Source of the DNA: an uncultured Gammaproteobacteria bacterium
Lineage (GTDB): Bacteria > Patescibacteriota > Microgenomatia > Levybacterales > GWA1-39-11
Direction of reading: 5' to 3'
NCBI GenBank assembly: GCA_964504535.1
Contig: CAZDED010000003.1
Span: 70,850-134,849, forward strand
DNA length: 64,000 nt
Both the position numbers and the translations under genes were made by a program. The stretch's first letter is position 1; each line of letters opens with the position of its first letter. Positions 28,931 through 39,662 of the stretch are shown piece by piece. A model generated the notes under the pieces. That model ran no database searches, was not told where the DNA came from, and saw nothing but the letters and a program-made list of their open reading frames with translations.

Positions 28931-29840
28931 GTGCTCCTTCTTTTAATTTTGCTAATTGGGTACGTATAAATTCCTCCTCATCTTCTATTCTCTCTGTGTC
29001 TTGGTTTCTATGATAGTAATATGTTCCTCGGTGACGGTAAGTGCCATCCTCTTGTCTTACCATGAGAGGAAGTATGCCAATAACAATGTCTCTTTCAAAT
29101 AATTTATTCCCTAAAAATCTTAATGCGTCAGAACTTCTTCTGTTTAAAGGTACTCCAAATCCTTGTAAAGTATGGAGAAATGAAACCAAAGTTGGAGTTT
29201 TACGCAATGCTAGACGTTCAAAATAAGACTTGGTCATTTCGTTGAAGTACTCCTTCAATTTTTCCGGAGAAATATCTGGATTTTCTATCTGCTTTCTTCT
29301 AGCTTCTATTTTACTTATTTCTGGTCTGTTGAGATCATCAGGTATTTTATATCCATAAAAGGTCAATTTCCTACGAACCTCTCCAAACCCAACATCAGAA
29401 CCCAGTGTCTGAACTATTGAATCTCTACTTATCTCCCCACCTCTTTCCAAAAAATCGAGTAAAGGAACAATCGGATCTTCTTTTTCTCTTGCAATATACC
29501 TTCTTCTCTCGTATGTATGTGGCCTTTGGACATATGCTACCTGCAATTTATCTTTAGTAAAACAGTCAAACTCACTATTATGCGAACTCAATGCAATGTC
29601 CTCAATCTTCAATCTTCTTGATTTGCTTCCTGCATCACTCACATTGAACATTTCACTAACCTCCTTTAAAGTTGCTTCTGTGTTAAATGCGAGAACAGCA
29701 AATGCCTCCACATGATCATCCCATATCAATTGAGGTGTTTTTGCAGGTTTTGCCTCATGAACACCTTGTTCAAAAACCCTTGTCGCAAACGCCTGATATG
29801 TGTCGAATGGTTGCGGTTGTTGCTCTACCATAATAGGCAA
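28923..29840 (-). CDS. Hypothetical protein
   Basis: 305-aa ORF; possible HTH (TLKEVSEMFNVS). Confidence 0.65.
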   Translation of the reverse strand: MPIMVEQQPQPFDTYQAFATRVFEQGVHEAKPAKTPQLIWDDHVEAFAVLAFNTEATLKEVSEMFNVSDAGSKSRRLKIEDIALSSHNSEFDCFTKDKLQVAYVQRPHTYERRRYIAREKEDPIVPLLDFLERGGEISRDSIVQTLGSDVGFGEVRRKLTFYGYKIPDDLNRPEISKIEARRKQIENPDISPEKLKEYFNEMTKSYFERLALRKTPTLVSFLHTLQGFGVPLNRRSSDALRFLGNKLFERDIVIGILPLMVRQEDGTYRHRGTYYYHRNQDTERIEDEEEFIRTQLAKLKEGAHE

Positions 29841-29873
29841 TATTATAAGCCCATATGTGGTGTTTTGGTAGGA

Positions 29874-31133
29874 TTATTTTGTGAGTTCTGATACAGCGCG
29901 GATTATTTGATTGTCAGGCACTTCTTTGAGCTTACTACTAACTGATGCATCATATGCGACTGAAATATCCGGAGTAAGTCCCTTTCCATGTACCCATCTC
30001 TCTTTTGGAGTCAACCATTTACCAACTGAGATGTGGACACTACCACCGCCATCCACCTCAACAGCCTGCTGGATGGTTCCTTTTCCAAATGACTGCTCTC
30101 CGATAAGTTTTGCCCTTCCATAATCCTGCAATGCTCCACTCACTATTTCTGATGCTGAAGCAGACCCCTTATTCATGAGGACAACAAGAGGTGTATCAAG
30201 TAATACGCCTGTTCTATTTACGTCCATAGATTCTATCAATCCATTTCCATCCTGTTGCTTCACTATCGCACCACTTTTAACAAATTCTGAGGCGATGTAA
30301 ACTGCGTCATTGAGATATCCACCGGGATTATTACGAACATCCAAAATAAGTCCTTTAAAATTTGATGCAGACTTCATCTGGGGCATTAATTTATTAATAG
30401 CCTCAAGCCATTCTGTATTTGTTTTGTCACCGAATTGGGAGATCTTTATGTAAGCAACAGAACACTTCCCAACCTTACAGTCAAATTGCTTTATCCAACT
30501 TGTAACACTCTTTACCTGAATCGTGTCTCTGACGATAGTTATATCTTTTAGTTCTTTCTCTTTTGGATGTAGCACAGAGATCGTAACTTTTGTACCTTTG
30601 TGTCCTCTGATTTTTTCGATTGCTTGAGCAAGTGTCCATCCTGCGGTATTTGCTCCATCAACTTTGGCAATGATATCTCCGCTCTTAACCCCACCTCTCT
30701 CTGCAGGTGAACCATCTAGGGGTGCCATAACAATAATTTGATTTTGATCGTTGAGTGAAAGTTCCGCTCCGATCCCTGAAAATTCTCCTGCCATTTGTGT
30801 CTTAAACGCAGTATTTGCGACAGGTGGGAAATACGAGGTATACGGATCACCAAGACTAGCAACCATGCCGAAAATCGCCCCAGTCTCCATTTTCTTAGCA
30901 TCGATCTTTGACTTGTCATAATACATAGTATTGAGCTTTCCTATCACATCATAAAAGAGTCTCATGTCAAGCTTTGAGGCTGTAGGAGGATTTTGGTTAG
31001 CAAAACCTAATATTGGTTTGTAATTTTTCCATTCAGTAGTAATTTTATAGTTTCCTAGAATGTAACCAAGACCAATAGCAATAATAATAATAAGAAATAG
31101 TTGGAAAACTCTGATTTTTAGTTGTGTACGCAT
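29874..31133 (-). CDS. ctpA: S41 C-terminal processing peptidase
   Basis: PDZ GIGA, DVRNNPGG, SASASE, FGKG. Confidence 0.94.
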   Translation of the reverse strand: MRTQLKIRVFQLFLIIIIAIGLGYILGNYKITTEWKNYKPILGFANQNPPTASKLDMRLFYDVIGKLNTMYYDKSKIDAKKMETGAIFGMVASLGDPYTSYFPPVANTAFKTQMAGEFSGIGAELSLNDQNQIIVMAPLDGSPAERGGVKSGDIIAKVDGANTAGWTLAQAIEKIRGHKGTKVTISVLHPKEKELKDITIVRDTIQVKSVTSWIKQFDCKVGKCSVAYIKISQFGDKTNTEWLEAINKLMPQMKSASNFKGLILDVRNNPGGYLNDAVYIASEFVKSGAIVKQQDGNGLIESMDVNRTGVLLDTPLVVLMNKGSASASEIVSGALQDYGRAKLIGEQSFGKGTIQQAVEVDGGGSVHISVGKWLTPKERWVHGKGLTPDISVAYDASVSSKLKEVPDNQIIRAVSELTK

Positions 31134-31264
31134 TGCATTAATAGATATTAGATATTAGTTAATAATTAGTAGCTGAAAAATAACTTAATTTAACTAAGGG
31201 AAGCGTGAATCGAACAAGTTATATATTACTATGAAGGAGACTATTGTGACAAGAGGAAATCGAA

Positions 31265-31516
31265 TTATTCTGCCCTGACGATGAATGGAAGGAGGGCAAT
31301 AAGTCTTGCTCTTTTGACAGCAACAGTTAGTTTTCTCTGATGCTTACTACACACTCCACTTCTTTGTCTACTATTTATCTTGCCACGTTCTGAGATAAAT
31401 TTCTTAAGGGTTTCAGAATCCATGAAGTCTGGATTTCTTTTTTCCTTACAGAAGAAGCATTCTTTAACTTCCTCGCGCATGTTTCTCTTTTTTTTAATAA
31501 TCTTTTTCTTACTCAT
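31265..31516 (-). CDS. rpsR: 30S ribosomal protein S18
   Basis: [27 protein letters not shown]. Confidence 0.97.
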   Translation of the reverse strand: MSKKKIIKKKRNMREEVKECFFCKEKRNPDFMDSETLKKFISERGKINSRQRSGVCSKHQRKLTVAVKRARLIALLPFIVRAE

Positions 31517-31526
31517 ATTTGTTTAT

Positions 31527-32018
31527 TTAGAAAGGTATGTCGTCTGGATTTACATCCTCTTCTACCTTTTCTTCTTTTTTCTTACTTGTCGCACTTTTCT
31601 TCTCTGTTTTTTCCTCTTTTTTCTCTTCTTCTTCCTCTCCGTACGACATGTCGGCATCTGTTATGGCTGCTGCTGCTCCTTCTTTCCGTGAATCAAGGAT
31701 GATCATATCATCAATCACTATTTCAGTGGTTGATTTTTGTACTCCATCCTGACCAGTCCAGCTTCGTGTCGAAAGTCTTCCTTCGACGTAAACTTTTCTT
31801 CCTTTTGTCAAAAGTTGAGAGCAAAGCTCTCCCAACTTATTCCATGCAACAATCTTGTGATATTCCGCTTCTTCCTTTTTATCCCCATTGTCTGTTGTCC
31901 AACTCCTGTTAGTTGCAAGTCCAAATGTGCAAACCCCGGTTCCCTGCGGTGTATACCGCAATTCAGGATCTCGTGTCAAATTCCCAATTAATTGTACTCT
32001 ATTCAGACTTCGTGCCAT
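31527..32018 (-). CDS. ssb: Single-stranded DNA-binding protein
   Basis: NRVQLIGNLTRDPELRYT...DDIPF. Confidence 0.98.
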   Translation of the reverse strand: MARSLNRVQLIGNLTRDPELRYTPQGTGVCTFGLATNRSWTTDNGDKKEEAEYHKIVAWNKLGELCSQLLTKGRKVYVEGRLSTRSWTGQDGVQKSTTEIVIDDMIILDSRKEGAAAAITDADMSYGEEEEEKKEEKTEKKSATSKKKEEKVEEDVNPDDIPF

Positions 32019-32023
32019 ATTGC

Positions 32024-32147
32024 TTTTTTCTTCGAAAAAAGAAATCCGAAATTCGAAATTCTAAATTCGAAACATATTGTATCCTATTTGATTTTCAATT
32101 TTGAAGCTTGGAACATTTTAATTTGTTTCGTGCTTCGAAATTCATGC
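32024..32147. repeat. Intergenic CGAAATT/GTGCTTC heptamer inverted-repeat element, copy 2
   Basis: Similar to 25010-25122. Confidence 0.8.
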
Positions 32148-32426
32148 TTAATTATCCCTAATTAAGAGATGTCTTAAGACATCATCGTTAATTCTTGTTT
32201 TTGCTTCAAGCTCTGGAGAAACAGCTACGCTTTCAAATTCCATAAGAACATAATCGCCCTTAAGATTGCCCTTTATGGGATAAGCAAATTTCTTTTCTCC
32301 AAGTTCGGTAACCTTATCTCCTGAAAGCTTTCCGCCCCAAGATTTTATGCTCGAAAGAAGTTTTTCTTTCGCTTCTTTTTTAAGATCGCTTTTTAAGATC
32401 AGAACCAACCGGTATTTTCTTAGCAT
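32148..32426 (-). CDS. rpsF: 30S ribosomal protein S6
   Basis: G.K.FAYPI...G.Y, VLRHL; rpsF-ssb-rpsR synteny. Confidence 0.95.
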   Translation of the reverse strand: MLRKYRLVLILKSDLKKEAKEKLLSSIKSWGGKLSGDKVTELGEKKFAYPIKGNLKGDYVLMEFESVAVSPELEAKTRINDDVLRHLLIRDN

Positions 32427-32560
32427 AGCTTCATATGATACCCTACCAGGATCAAAATTACAAGTAGAAAGTGCAAATTAAATATTGACTAGTCTATATT
32501 TCAGTACTAAACTGTATCCGTTTTAAGGAATTTTTAAGAACCTTCTGATTTACTATAGCT

Positions 32561-33682
32561 ATGAAAAAACTTCTTGTTTTACTCATCATTCTCCTTATTT
32601 TTGCATTTTCTTATGATGCTCTTACACATTCAAAATCTATCCCAAATCCTTTCACAAAAAATAAAAATGAAACTGTAACTGTTGTCCGTGAAGAATCAAA
32701 TGTAATATCGGTTGTTAAAAAAGTTAGCCCAAGTGTGGTTACGATCGGTATCAAAAACTCCCCAGTCCAAAATAGAACCTTTTCTTTTTTCTTCAATGGA
32801 CAAGACCAAACTCCTGATAATAATCAAACCGAGGAACAATATATAGGAACTGGATTCGTAGTCAAGAAAGAAGGGATCATTGTCACTAACAAGCACGTTG
32901 TTTCTTCCTCATCTGAATACTTCGTAACCGATGAAAAAGGAAATAAATACGATGTAGACAAGATATACAGGGATCCAGCAAATGACATAGCGATTATTTC
33001 TATAAAAAATTCTCCCTCATCAGGTCTCAAAGAAATTACTCTTGGCACCTCTTCAAATCTGCAGGTTGGACAATCAGTTATTGCTATAGGTACTGCTCTT
33101 GGAGAGTTTAGAAATACTGTCACAACCGGTGTGGTTAGTGGTCTTGGACGGGGGATCACAGCAGGCAGTGCTTTTGCCGGATTTGCTGAACGACTAGACA
33201 ACGTTATCCAGACAGATACTGCAATAAACCCTGGCAATTCCGGAGGTCCTCTTCTAAATGCCAAGGGACAAGTTATCGGAATTAACACCGCCGTGTCAGA
33301 ACAGGGTCAAAATATCGGTTTTGCAATCCCTATTGATCTTGTTAAAGAATCTCTTAATAATTTTAATAGCACTGGTCAATTCTTACGACCGTTCTTGGGA
33401 ATTTCCTACAATATCATCTCAGAACGCGCTGCTCTACTCAATGAGATGCCGAGGGGCGCTTTGGTGCAAAATGTTGTAGCCGGCTCCTCAGCTGAAGATG
33501 CGGGAATTGAGGTTGGGGACATTGTAACAAAGGTGGATGGAAAACAAGTTAATGAGACAGATAGCACCCTTGCGATTCTTATTTCTAAGAAAAAGGTTGG
33601 AGATAAAATTGTTCTTACAATATATAGAAATTCTGAAGTAAAAGACATTCAAGTAACCCTCAAAGAAGCCCCAAGTCTGTAG
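32561..33682 (+). CDS. htrA: HtrA/DegP serine protease with PDZ domain
   Basis: TNKHV, DIA, IQTDTAINPGNSGGPL; TTGACT-17-TAAACT promoter. Confidence 0.94.
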   Translation: MKKLLVLLIILLIFAFSYDALTHSKSIPNPFTKNKNETVTVVREESNVISVVKKVSPSVVTIGIKNSPVQNRTFSFFFNGQDQTPDNNQTEEQYIGTGFVVKKEGIIVTNKHVVSSSSEYFVTDEKGNKYDVDKIYRDPANDIAIISIKNSPSSGLKEITLGTSSNLQVGQSVIAIGTALGEFRNTVTTGVVSGLGRGITAGSAFAGFAERLDNVIQTDTAINPGNSGGPLLNAKGQVIGINTAVSEQGQNIGFAIPIDLVKESLNNFNSTGQFLRPFLGISYNIISERAALLNEMPRGALVQNVVAGSSAEDAGIEVGDIVTKVDGKQVNETDSTLAILISKKKVGDKIVLTIYRNSEVKDIQVTLKEAPSL

Positions 33683-33777
33683 CTGATAGCTATTAGTTGT
33701 TAGTTATTAGTCTTTGATTCAGTTTTATTATTTCATATATACTATTAACTGTTAGCTACTAGCTAATAAATACTAAT

Positions 33778-34155
33778 ATGAGTGATGGAGATAGTATCGC
33801 AGGAGCAGTTGCAGATAGTGCAAAAGATTTTGGGAAAGGACTTGTTAGCGAAGTCATAAATTCCGCAACCGCTTCCGTCAAAAATGTAAGTCAACAGCTA
33901 GTTGGAGCCAAAACCGAGGAAGAGGAATTAAAGAAAAAACAGGATCAGATAATAACTTTCAATAGAATAAAGCAGATAGAGGCAGAAATGGCCCAGATCA
34001 GGCAACAGGAAGCAAGAAAAAAAGGTCCTCAAATTATTCAGAAACAACAATCTGCCGTTGAATTTGAAGATTCTGATGGAAAGCCAAAAATACTGGATGA
34101 AGCATCACGGCAAGCAGTCGGCCGCGCAGAACAAGGCCGCAACTTCAAAGGTTGA
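33778..34155 (+). CDS. Hypothetical coiled-coil protein
   Basis: 125-aa ORF. Confidence 0.7.
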   Translation: MSDGDSIAGAVADSAKDFGKGLVSEVINSATASVKNVSQQLVGAKTEEEELKKKQDQIITFNRIKQIEAEMAQIRQQEARKKGPQIIQKQQSAVEFEDSDGKPKILDEASRQAVGRAEQGRNFKG

Positions 34156-34197
34156 GCACTACTTGTTAGAAAACACCACAAAAGGTACAATACATAT

Positions 34198-35379
34198 ATG
34201 AAAATTGAACCAAGAACACTGAAAGGATTTCGTGATTTTTTACCAAAAGAAGCACGAAAAAGACAATACGTCATAGACACTTTGAAGAAAGTGTTTGAGT
34301 CCTATGGTTTTGAACCGTTAGAAACCCCTGCCTTGGAATACGAAGACATCCTTTTAGGAAAATATGGCGATGAAGGCGACAAATTAATGTACCGGTTTGA
34401 GGATAATGGAGAACGTCGAGTTGCTTTAAGATACGACCAAACAGTCCCTCTTGCTCGAGTTGTGGCTCAGTACCAAAATGACCTTCCCCTACCCTTCAAA
34501 AGATACCAGATCCAAAACGTTTGGCGGGCAGAAAACACCCAAAAAGGAAGATTTCGGGAATTTTTACAATGTGATATCGACACCATTGGCGAGAAATCAG
34601 TTGGGTGCGATGTAGAAATATTAATTATTGTCGATTCATGCTTAAAAAAACTCGGATTTGAGACTTTTAAAGTCATAATAAATGATAGAGCTAATTTTGA
34701 AGGGATTAACCCTCAGGCAATTTCGATAATTGACAAGCTTAAAAAAATAGGACCTGAAGGGGTCAAAGAAGAACTAAGACAAAGAGGTCTTGATGAAAGT
34801 TTACTTGAGCAAATCCAGTCAAAACCACCTACTGAATGGATCCAAACACTCCTTAATAATAAAGAACTCGTAAGTGGTAATTTGGTATACGAACCAACAC
34901 TTGCACGTGGCCTAGACTACTACACGGGGGTTATTATTGAGGTTGAAATTGAGGGGTTTGATGCAGGATCTGTTGGTGGTGGAGGTAGATATGACGATTT
35001 GATTGGTATGTTTGAAAACAATTCTCTTCCATCTGTTGGGTTTGCTTTTGGCTTTGACAGACTCATGGAGGCCATGGAGGAAAAGAACTTGTTCCCACAA
35101 CTCTCAACAACGAAAGTCCTAGTCACAGTGCCATCGTCTGAGATTGAAGACACTGCATGGAATATAGGCATCCTACTCCGTTCAAAAAATATCAATGCCG
35201 AAACCTATCTAAATGCGATTCCTATGGAAAAGCAATTTAAATATGCAGAGAAGAAAGAAATTCCATATGTCGTTATACCTATCAACGAAAATGAAGTAGA
35301 ACTTCGGACGAAATCTTCGGCAGGGGAAATCGTCAAACAAACAATGTCTTTAGAGGACCTGCCAAATGCAATTAACTAA
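34198..35379 (+). CDS. hisS: Histidine-tRNA ligase
   Basis: LRYDQT, GRFREF.QCD, RGLDYYTG, GGGRYD. Confidence 0.97.
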   Translation: MKIEPRTLKGFRDFLPKEARKRQYVIDTLKKVFESYGFEPLETPALEYEDILLGKYGDEGDKLMYRFEDNGERRVALRYDQTVPLARVVAQYQNDLPLPFKRYQIQNVWRAENTQKGRFREFLQCDIDTIGEKSVGCDVEILIIVDSCLKKLGFETFKVIINDRANFEGINPQAISIIDKLKKIGPEGVKEELRQRGLDESLLEQIQSKPPTEWIQTLLNNKELVSGNLVYEPTLARGLDYYTGVIIEVEIEGFDAGSVGGGGRYDDLIGMFENNSLPSVGFAFGFDRLMEAMEEKNLFPQLSTTKVLVTVPSSEIEDTAWNIGILLRSKNINAETYLNAIPMEKQFKYAEKKEIPYVVIPINENEVELRTKSSAGEIVKQTMSLEDLPNAIN

Positions 35380-36274
35380 ATCCCAGCTTGCTGTTGTCGC
35401 GCTTATTGTAGCCAATATGATTTGGGGTGCAGCCCCACCTATCTTCAAGTGGGCACTTGCCGACATTCATCCCTACACGCTTGCTCTTCTTCGCTTCGTC
35501 GTGCCCGCCCTTATCATGTACCCATTTGTCAGGGGAAAACTAAAAATCAACAAAAAAGACTATTTTAATATCATTTTGATCGGTTTTTTTGGGATCACAG
35601 TCAACATTATTTTCTTTTTCCATGGTCTCATGCAGGCCCCAAGCATAAATGCAGCGCTTATTGGAAGCTCTGGACCGATATTTATCATCTTTTACTCTCT
35701 TCTATTTCTACGGGAAAAACCAAAAAGAAAACTCATTCTAGGTGCCCATATAGGACTTTTGGGTGTGCTTTTTGTGCTTATCACACCGCTCTTTAAAAAT
35801 GGAAATTTGGCTGCAATTGGAAATTTCTACTACTTAGTCTCGATGCTTGGGGGTGTTGTGGCTGTCCTTTTGGTTAGACGGGTCATGAAAAGAAATGATC
35901 CAATAGCTGTCACTTTTTGGTCCTTTGTAACGGGGTCTATCGGATTCATACCGTTTTTTATCAATGAAGTGCAGTCATATGGTTTTCTGCAAAACCTCAA
36001 TCCACAAGGGGTAATCGGACTTATTTTTGGTATCTTTCTTTCAACGCTAGCTGCCTATTTCTTTCAGATATGGGCACTAAAATACCTCACTGCCGCAGAT
36101 GTTAGCGTGTTTACCTACATAGACCCTGTCGTTACACTGCTTATTGCAGCCCCTCTTCTAGGTGAATTCCCCGACTCAACTTTTGTTTTTGGAACCGTAT
36201 TTGTTCTACTTGGAATACTTATGGCAGAGGGAAGATTTCACTGGCACCCATTCCATTTGTTTTTAAAGAAATAA
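35366..36274 (+). CDS. DMT/EamA transporter
   Basis: 10 TM; IWG, LRF, P..LLGE. Confidence 0.9.
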   Translation: MQLTKSQLAVVALIVANMIWGAAPPIFKWALADIHPYTLALLRFVVPALIMYPFVRGKLKINKKDYFNIILIGFFGITVNIIFFFHGLMQAPSINAALIGSSGPIFIIFYSLLFLREKPKRKLILGAHIGLLGVLFVLITPLFKNGNLAAIGNFYYLVSMLGGVVAVLLVRRVMKRNDPIAVTFWSFVTGSIGFIPFFINEVQSYGFLQNLNPQGVIGLIFGIFLSTLAAYFFQIWALKYLTAADVSVFTYIDPVVTLLIAAPLLGEFPDSTFVFGTVFVLLGILMAEGRFHWHPFHLFLKK

Positions 36275-36323
36275 AAAAGAATTAGATTGCATTTTCAGTA
36301 CAAATAAACTATAATTAGCCTTA

Positions 36324-36614
36324 ATGAAAACAGCGATTCACCCAAAATATTTTGATGCAACTGTTACCTGCTCCTGCGGGAACTCCTTTAAAGTGGGTTC
36401 AACAGTCGAAAAAATTACTGTCGAGCTTTGTTACAATTGTCACCCTTTCTACACTGGACAGCAAAAATTCGTTGATACAGCTTCAAGAATTGAAAAGTTC
36501 CAAAAGAAAATGGAAGCTGCACGTCCACTCGTTAAAAAAGCTCAAAAGGAAGACACATCAGATAACTCTCCAAAGACCCTCAGAGAGATGCTTGAAGCCT
36601 TGAAAAAAGGTTAG
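36324..36614 (+). CDS. rpmE: 50S ribosomal protein L31
   Basis: MK..IHPKY, CSCG, C..CHPFYTG. Confidence 0.97.
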   Translation: MKTAIHPKYFDATVTCSCGNSFKVGSTVEKITVELCYNCHPFYTGQQKFVDTASRIEKFQKKMEAARPLVKKAQKEDTSDNSPKTLREMLEALKKG

Positions 36615-36635
36615 CTGAATCCTACTACCCCCTTT

Positions 36636-37580
36636 ATGGAAAAGGACGCAATCCTTGCACAAATTTACGAATTGGATTTTAAAATCTCAGAAGCTGAAAA
36701 ATTAACATCAGATCCTGAAATGTCTTCTTTGGCTTATGAAGAGATCGCAACTCTAAAAAAACAAAAGGAAGAACTCGAAAGTCAGGTAGATACTTCCCAA
36801 TTCGATGTTCAATCCTATGACGACAAGCCAGAAGCAGGAAGTTCTTTAGACACCAGAAACGCTATTATTGAAGTAAAAGGTGCTGCTGGGGGAGATGAGG
36901 CAAATATATTTGCCAAAGAACTACTTCGCATGTATGTCAGGTATTGTGAAAGAAATAACATCCAGAAAGAAATGTTAGATGAATTTAGTGTAAAAATTAT
37001 CAACAAACGCGCTTTTGGAACTTTCAAATTCGAATCTGGGGTTCACCGAGTCCAACGTGTTCCTCTTACAGAAAAGCGCGGACGGGTTCATACTTCAACA
37101 GCAGTTGTTAGCATTTTGCCGGAACTTCAAGATATTGATCTCCATATTAGGCCAGAGGATATTGAGTTTGAGGCATTTCGGGCAGGAGGACATGGTGGAC
37201 AAAATGTTAACAAAGTGTCAACGGCAGTAAGGGTCAAGCATATCCCATCAGGTATTATTGTCACCGCATCAAGAGAACGGTCACAAAACCAGAACCGAGA
37301 AAACGCTATGGAAGTTCTTCGTTCTAAATTATGGGAGGCAGAAGTTGAAAAGCAACATTTGGAAGTTGCAGAACTTAAGTCTACCCAGGTAGGAAGTGGC
37401 ATGAGAAATGAGAAAATCCGTACATACAATTTCCCCCAAGATAGAGTGACAGACCACAGAATTGGAAAGTCATATCACAACCTCCCTACTTTTATGGATG
37501 GAGAGATTGATGAAATGTTAAAAGATCTTCAGAATTCCGAAAATACAGATTCTTCAGAAACTTTACAGGAAAAGGAATAA
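36636..37580 (+). CDS. prfA: Peptide chain release factor 1 (short N-terminus)
   Basis: [13 protein letters not shown] (PxT), [17 protein letters not shown]. Confidence 0.95.
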   Translation: MEKDAILAQIYELDFKISEAEKLTSDPEMSSLAYEEIATLKKQKEELESQVDTSQFDVQSYDDKPEAGSSLDTRNAIIEVKGAAGGDEANIFAKELLRMYVRYCERNNIQKEMLDEFSVKIINKRAFGTFKFESGVHRVQRVPLTEKRGRVHTSTAVVSILPELQDIDLHIRPEDIEFEAFRAGGHGGQNVNKVSTAVRVKHIPSGIIVTASRERSQNQNRENAMEVLRSKLWEAEVEKQHLEVAELKSTQVGSGMRNEKIRTYNFPQDRVTDHRIGKSYHNLPTFMDGEIDEMLKDLQNSENTDSSETLQEKE

Positions 37581-37584
37581 CGAT

Positions 37585-38115
37585 ATGGAACAAGGTAAAT
37601 ATACTCCTATTGATTGGAGCACACAGGACTTTAGTGTCATTCCAGAAGGCGGAGTATTACTTCAGGGAACCAGTCTCAACAGGGCACTGGGGATAAAAAC
37701 AAATTGGTTTGACCCTCTTCAAGCAAGAGGTTTTACCATAGATAAGTTCGCCAATCATTTTTTCTACTTCAATCCTTCAGAAAAATTCATGAAAGGAGAA
37801 CATACCTCTTGGACTCTTAGATTTAATGCAGAGGGAATCTATCACTACGCATCAGAGGCAGTTAGAGGGGACATTGCAGAAGGTAAGGAACAGGCTGTTA
37901 TACTCGTTATGCAAAAACCGCCGTCAGTGAAATTCGATCAGGAAACGATGGATCGTGCCAGACGATTACCTGTTATGGTAAGTCTAGGTGATGTGCCAAA
38001 AGAAACAAAATTACGTATTGCTCCACTTTCGATTGATAGAAAAAGGTATGATCTGAGCGACAAAGAATCTGATAACGTAATAAAAGCCATCTGCAAAGCA
38101 CTTAAAAAGTTGTAA
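37585..38115 (+). CDS. Hypothetical protein
   Basis: 176-aa ORF; resembles the downstream split gene. Confidence 0.7.
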   Translation: MEQGKYTPIDWSTQDFSVIPEGGVLLQGTSLNRALGIKTNWFDPLQARGFTIDKFANHFFYFNPSEKFMKGEHTSWTLRFNAEGIYHYASEAVRGDIAEGKEQAVILVMQKPPSVKFDQETMDRARRLPVMVSLGDVPKETKLRIAPLSIDRKRYDLSDKESDNVIKAICKALKKL

Positions 38116-38134
38116 TGTGTGGTAAAATCCTCGA

Positions 38135-38708
38135 ATGGAACTTGATTTCCGCTCATATCAATTGTCACAAGAAAGGTTAAGAGTTGAACAAGAAGTTTTA
38201 GCGCTCGCTGACCCTAACGTAGGACTACATGGTATATCTACATTCCGTGACGGGTTAATAGATATTGCTAAGCACTATGACCCGCAACAAACACCTGAAG
38301 GCGATGATTCTAGATTTACTTACTATGCGCCTATTGATCCTGCTCGCATGAGACAACACGTTGTTCACCCATTATTCTTCACGCATACCATCCTGTGGGC
38401 ACGTACTTTCGCTCAACGTGCAGTTAAAAGACTTGGAAAGAGGTGTCTCATCACGTCCAGTCTTACGGGTTATGACTAATATGCATCCTGTAGATGTCAT
38501 GGAAGACTTTAGACTTGGCAGTGATAGACAACTACTTCTTGCTGATTTTGAAGCAAGAGAGGATCATCATGGACTTTATGAAAGAACCGTAGGAAAAATT
38601 GAGGAAGTTGATTATGATATTGATGAAAATGTAGTAGAAAATGATACACGCGTACTACAAAAGCTTATTCCTATACTTTTAAGACCTCAATCACCTCGGC
38701 AAGGGTGA
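38135..38708 (+). pseudogene. Frameshifted paralog of the upstream hypothetical gene
   Basis: ORFs 38135-38479 and 38361-38708 join if one A of AAAA 38426-38429 is removed. Confidence 0.6.
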
Positions 38709-39564
38709 GTGCGCTCCCTTTCATCTCTGGATTTTTGGAAGAGCCATTAAGAAGCATCCTCTTTGAAGCGTGAAGGAACCATGAAGAATCAGGATCCATT
38801 TCCCGTATTTTCTGGTATGTCTCAGTCAGATCAATATTCAGACTTTCCCCTCCCCTTTTGTCAGGAAGAGCTTTGATACGAACAAATCCTACGCTAGGAT
38901 CCTTCCGCACTGATATCCTGTATCCCATCATCTGTGCACGCTTCAATACTTCATCATTAATTGTCTCAACTCCAATTGCTTTTCCCCACTTCGACTCGAA
39001 TTCTATTCCTTTCTCCTTTATCTCACTTTCAGCCCAAATTTTGGCTTCTAAATTGTGTAAAATGTCATCTAAAATTTCGAAACAAAACTCAACAAGGGCC
39101 ATGTCCTCCCCTTTATGTAAAATCTTGTATCCCTGAATTATTCCAACGATACCCGCTTCATAAACATCTGCATTGCTATCGGGATAATATACCTCTTGAA
39201 AATGATCGTCATCAATAACAAGCTCAACAATCCTTTTGACAGCTTCTCTTTTGTTGTCGTGCTTTTGAAGAGTTGACTCTTGATTTGATAAGACAAAATC
39301 CAAGGTCAGGCTGGCACCACAAATAGTGTTATCCCCTGTCTGATGATGATCAAGCGCACCAAGCCCGGTATCAACGTGTATCACAGGGATCCCATCAACT
39401 GCTTCGATAGCCTGTCCCTCATTTCCATATTGTCCAGGCAATTTCTCTCCAGCGTTAACAAAAGCTATCTCTGCCTCTTCCCAGCCAGGCATGAACCGCT
39501 TGAGTAGCCAGACGCTTGTTATCGCATCAAGATCAGATGATTTATGGGTAACGATTTTTCTCAT
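38671..39564 (-). CDS. DHH/MYG1-like phosphoesterase
   Basis: VTH..SDLDA, VDTG, LDHH. Confidence 0.75.
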   Translation of the reverse strand: MRKIVTHKSSDLDAITSVWLLKRFMPGWEEAEIAFVNAGEKLPGQYGNEGQAIEAVDGIPVIHVDTGLGALDHHQTGDNTICGASLTLDFVLSNQESTLQKHDNKREAVKRIVELVIDDDHFQEVYYPDSNADVYEAGIVGIIQGYKILHKGEDMALVEFCFEILDDILHNLEAKIWAESEIKEKGIEFESKWGKAIGVETINDEVLKRAQMMGYRISVRKDPSVGFVRIKALPDKRGGESLNIDLTETYQKIREMDPDSSWFLHASKRMLLNGSSKNPEMKGSALTLAEVIEVLKV

Positions 39565-39662
39565 ATGTTTTAGTATAGCCGATTCCGCTAAAGTTGAGTA
39601 GTATATCGCATACTGCCTCTCTTGACAAGCAAACTGCCTCAAGGCTAAACTTAATTACTGCC

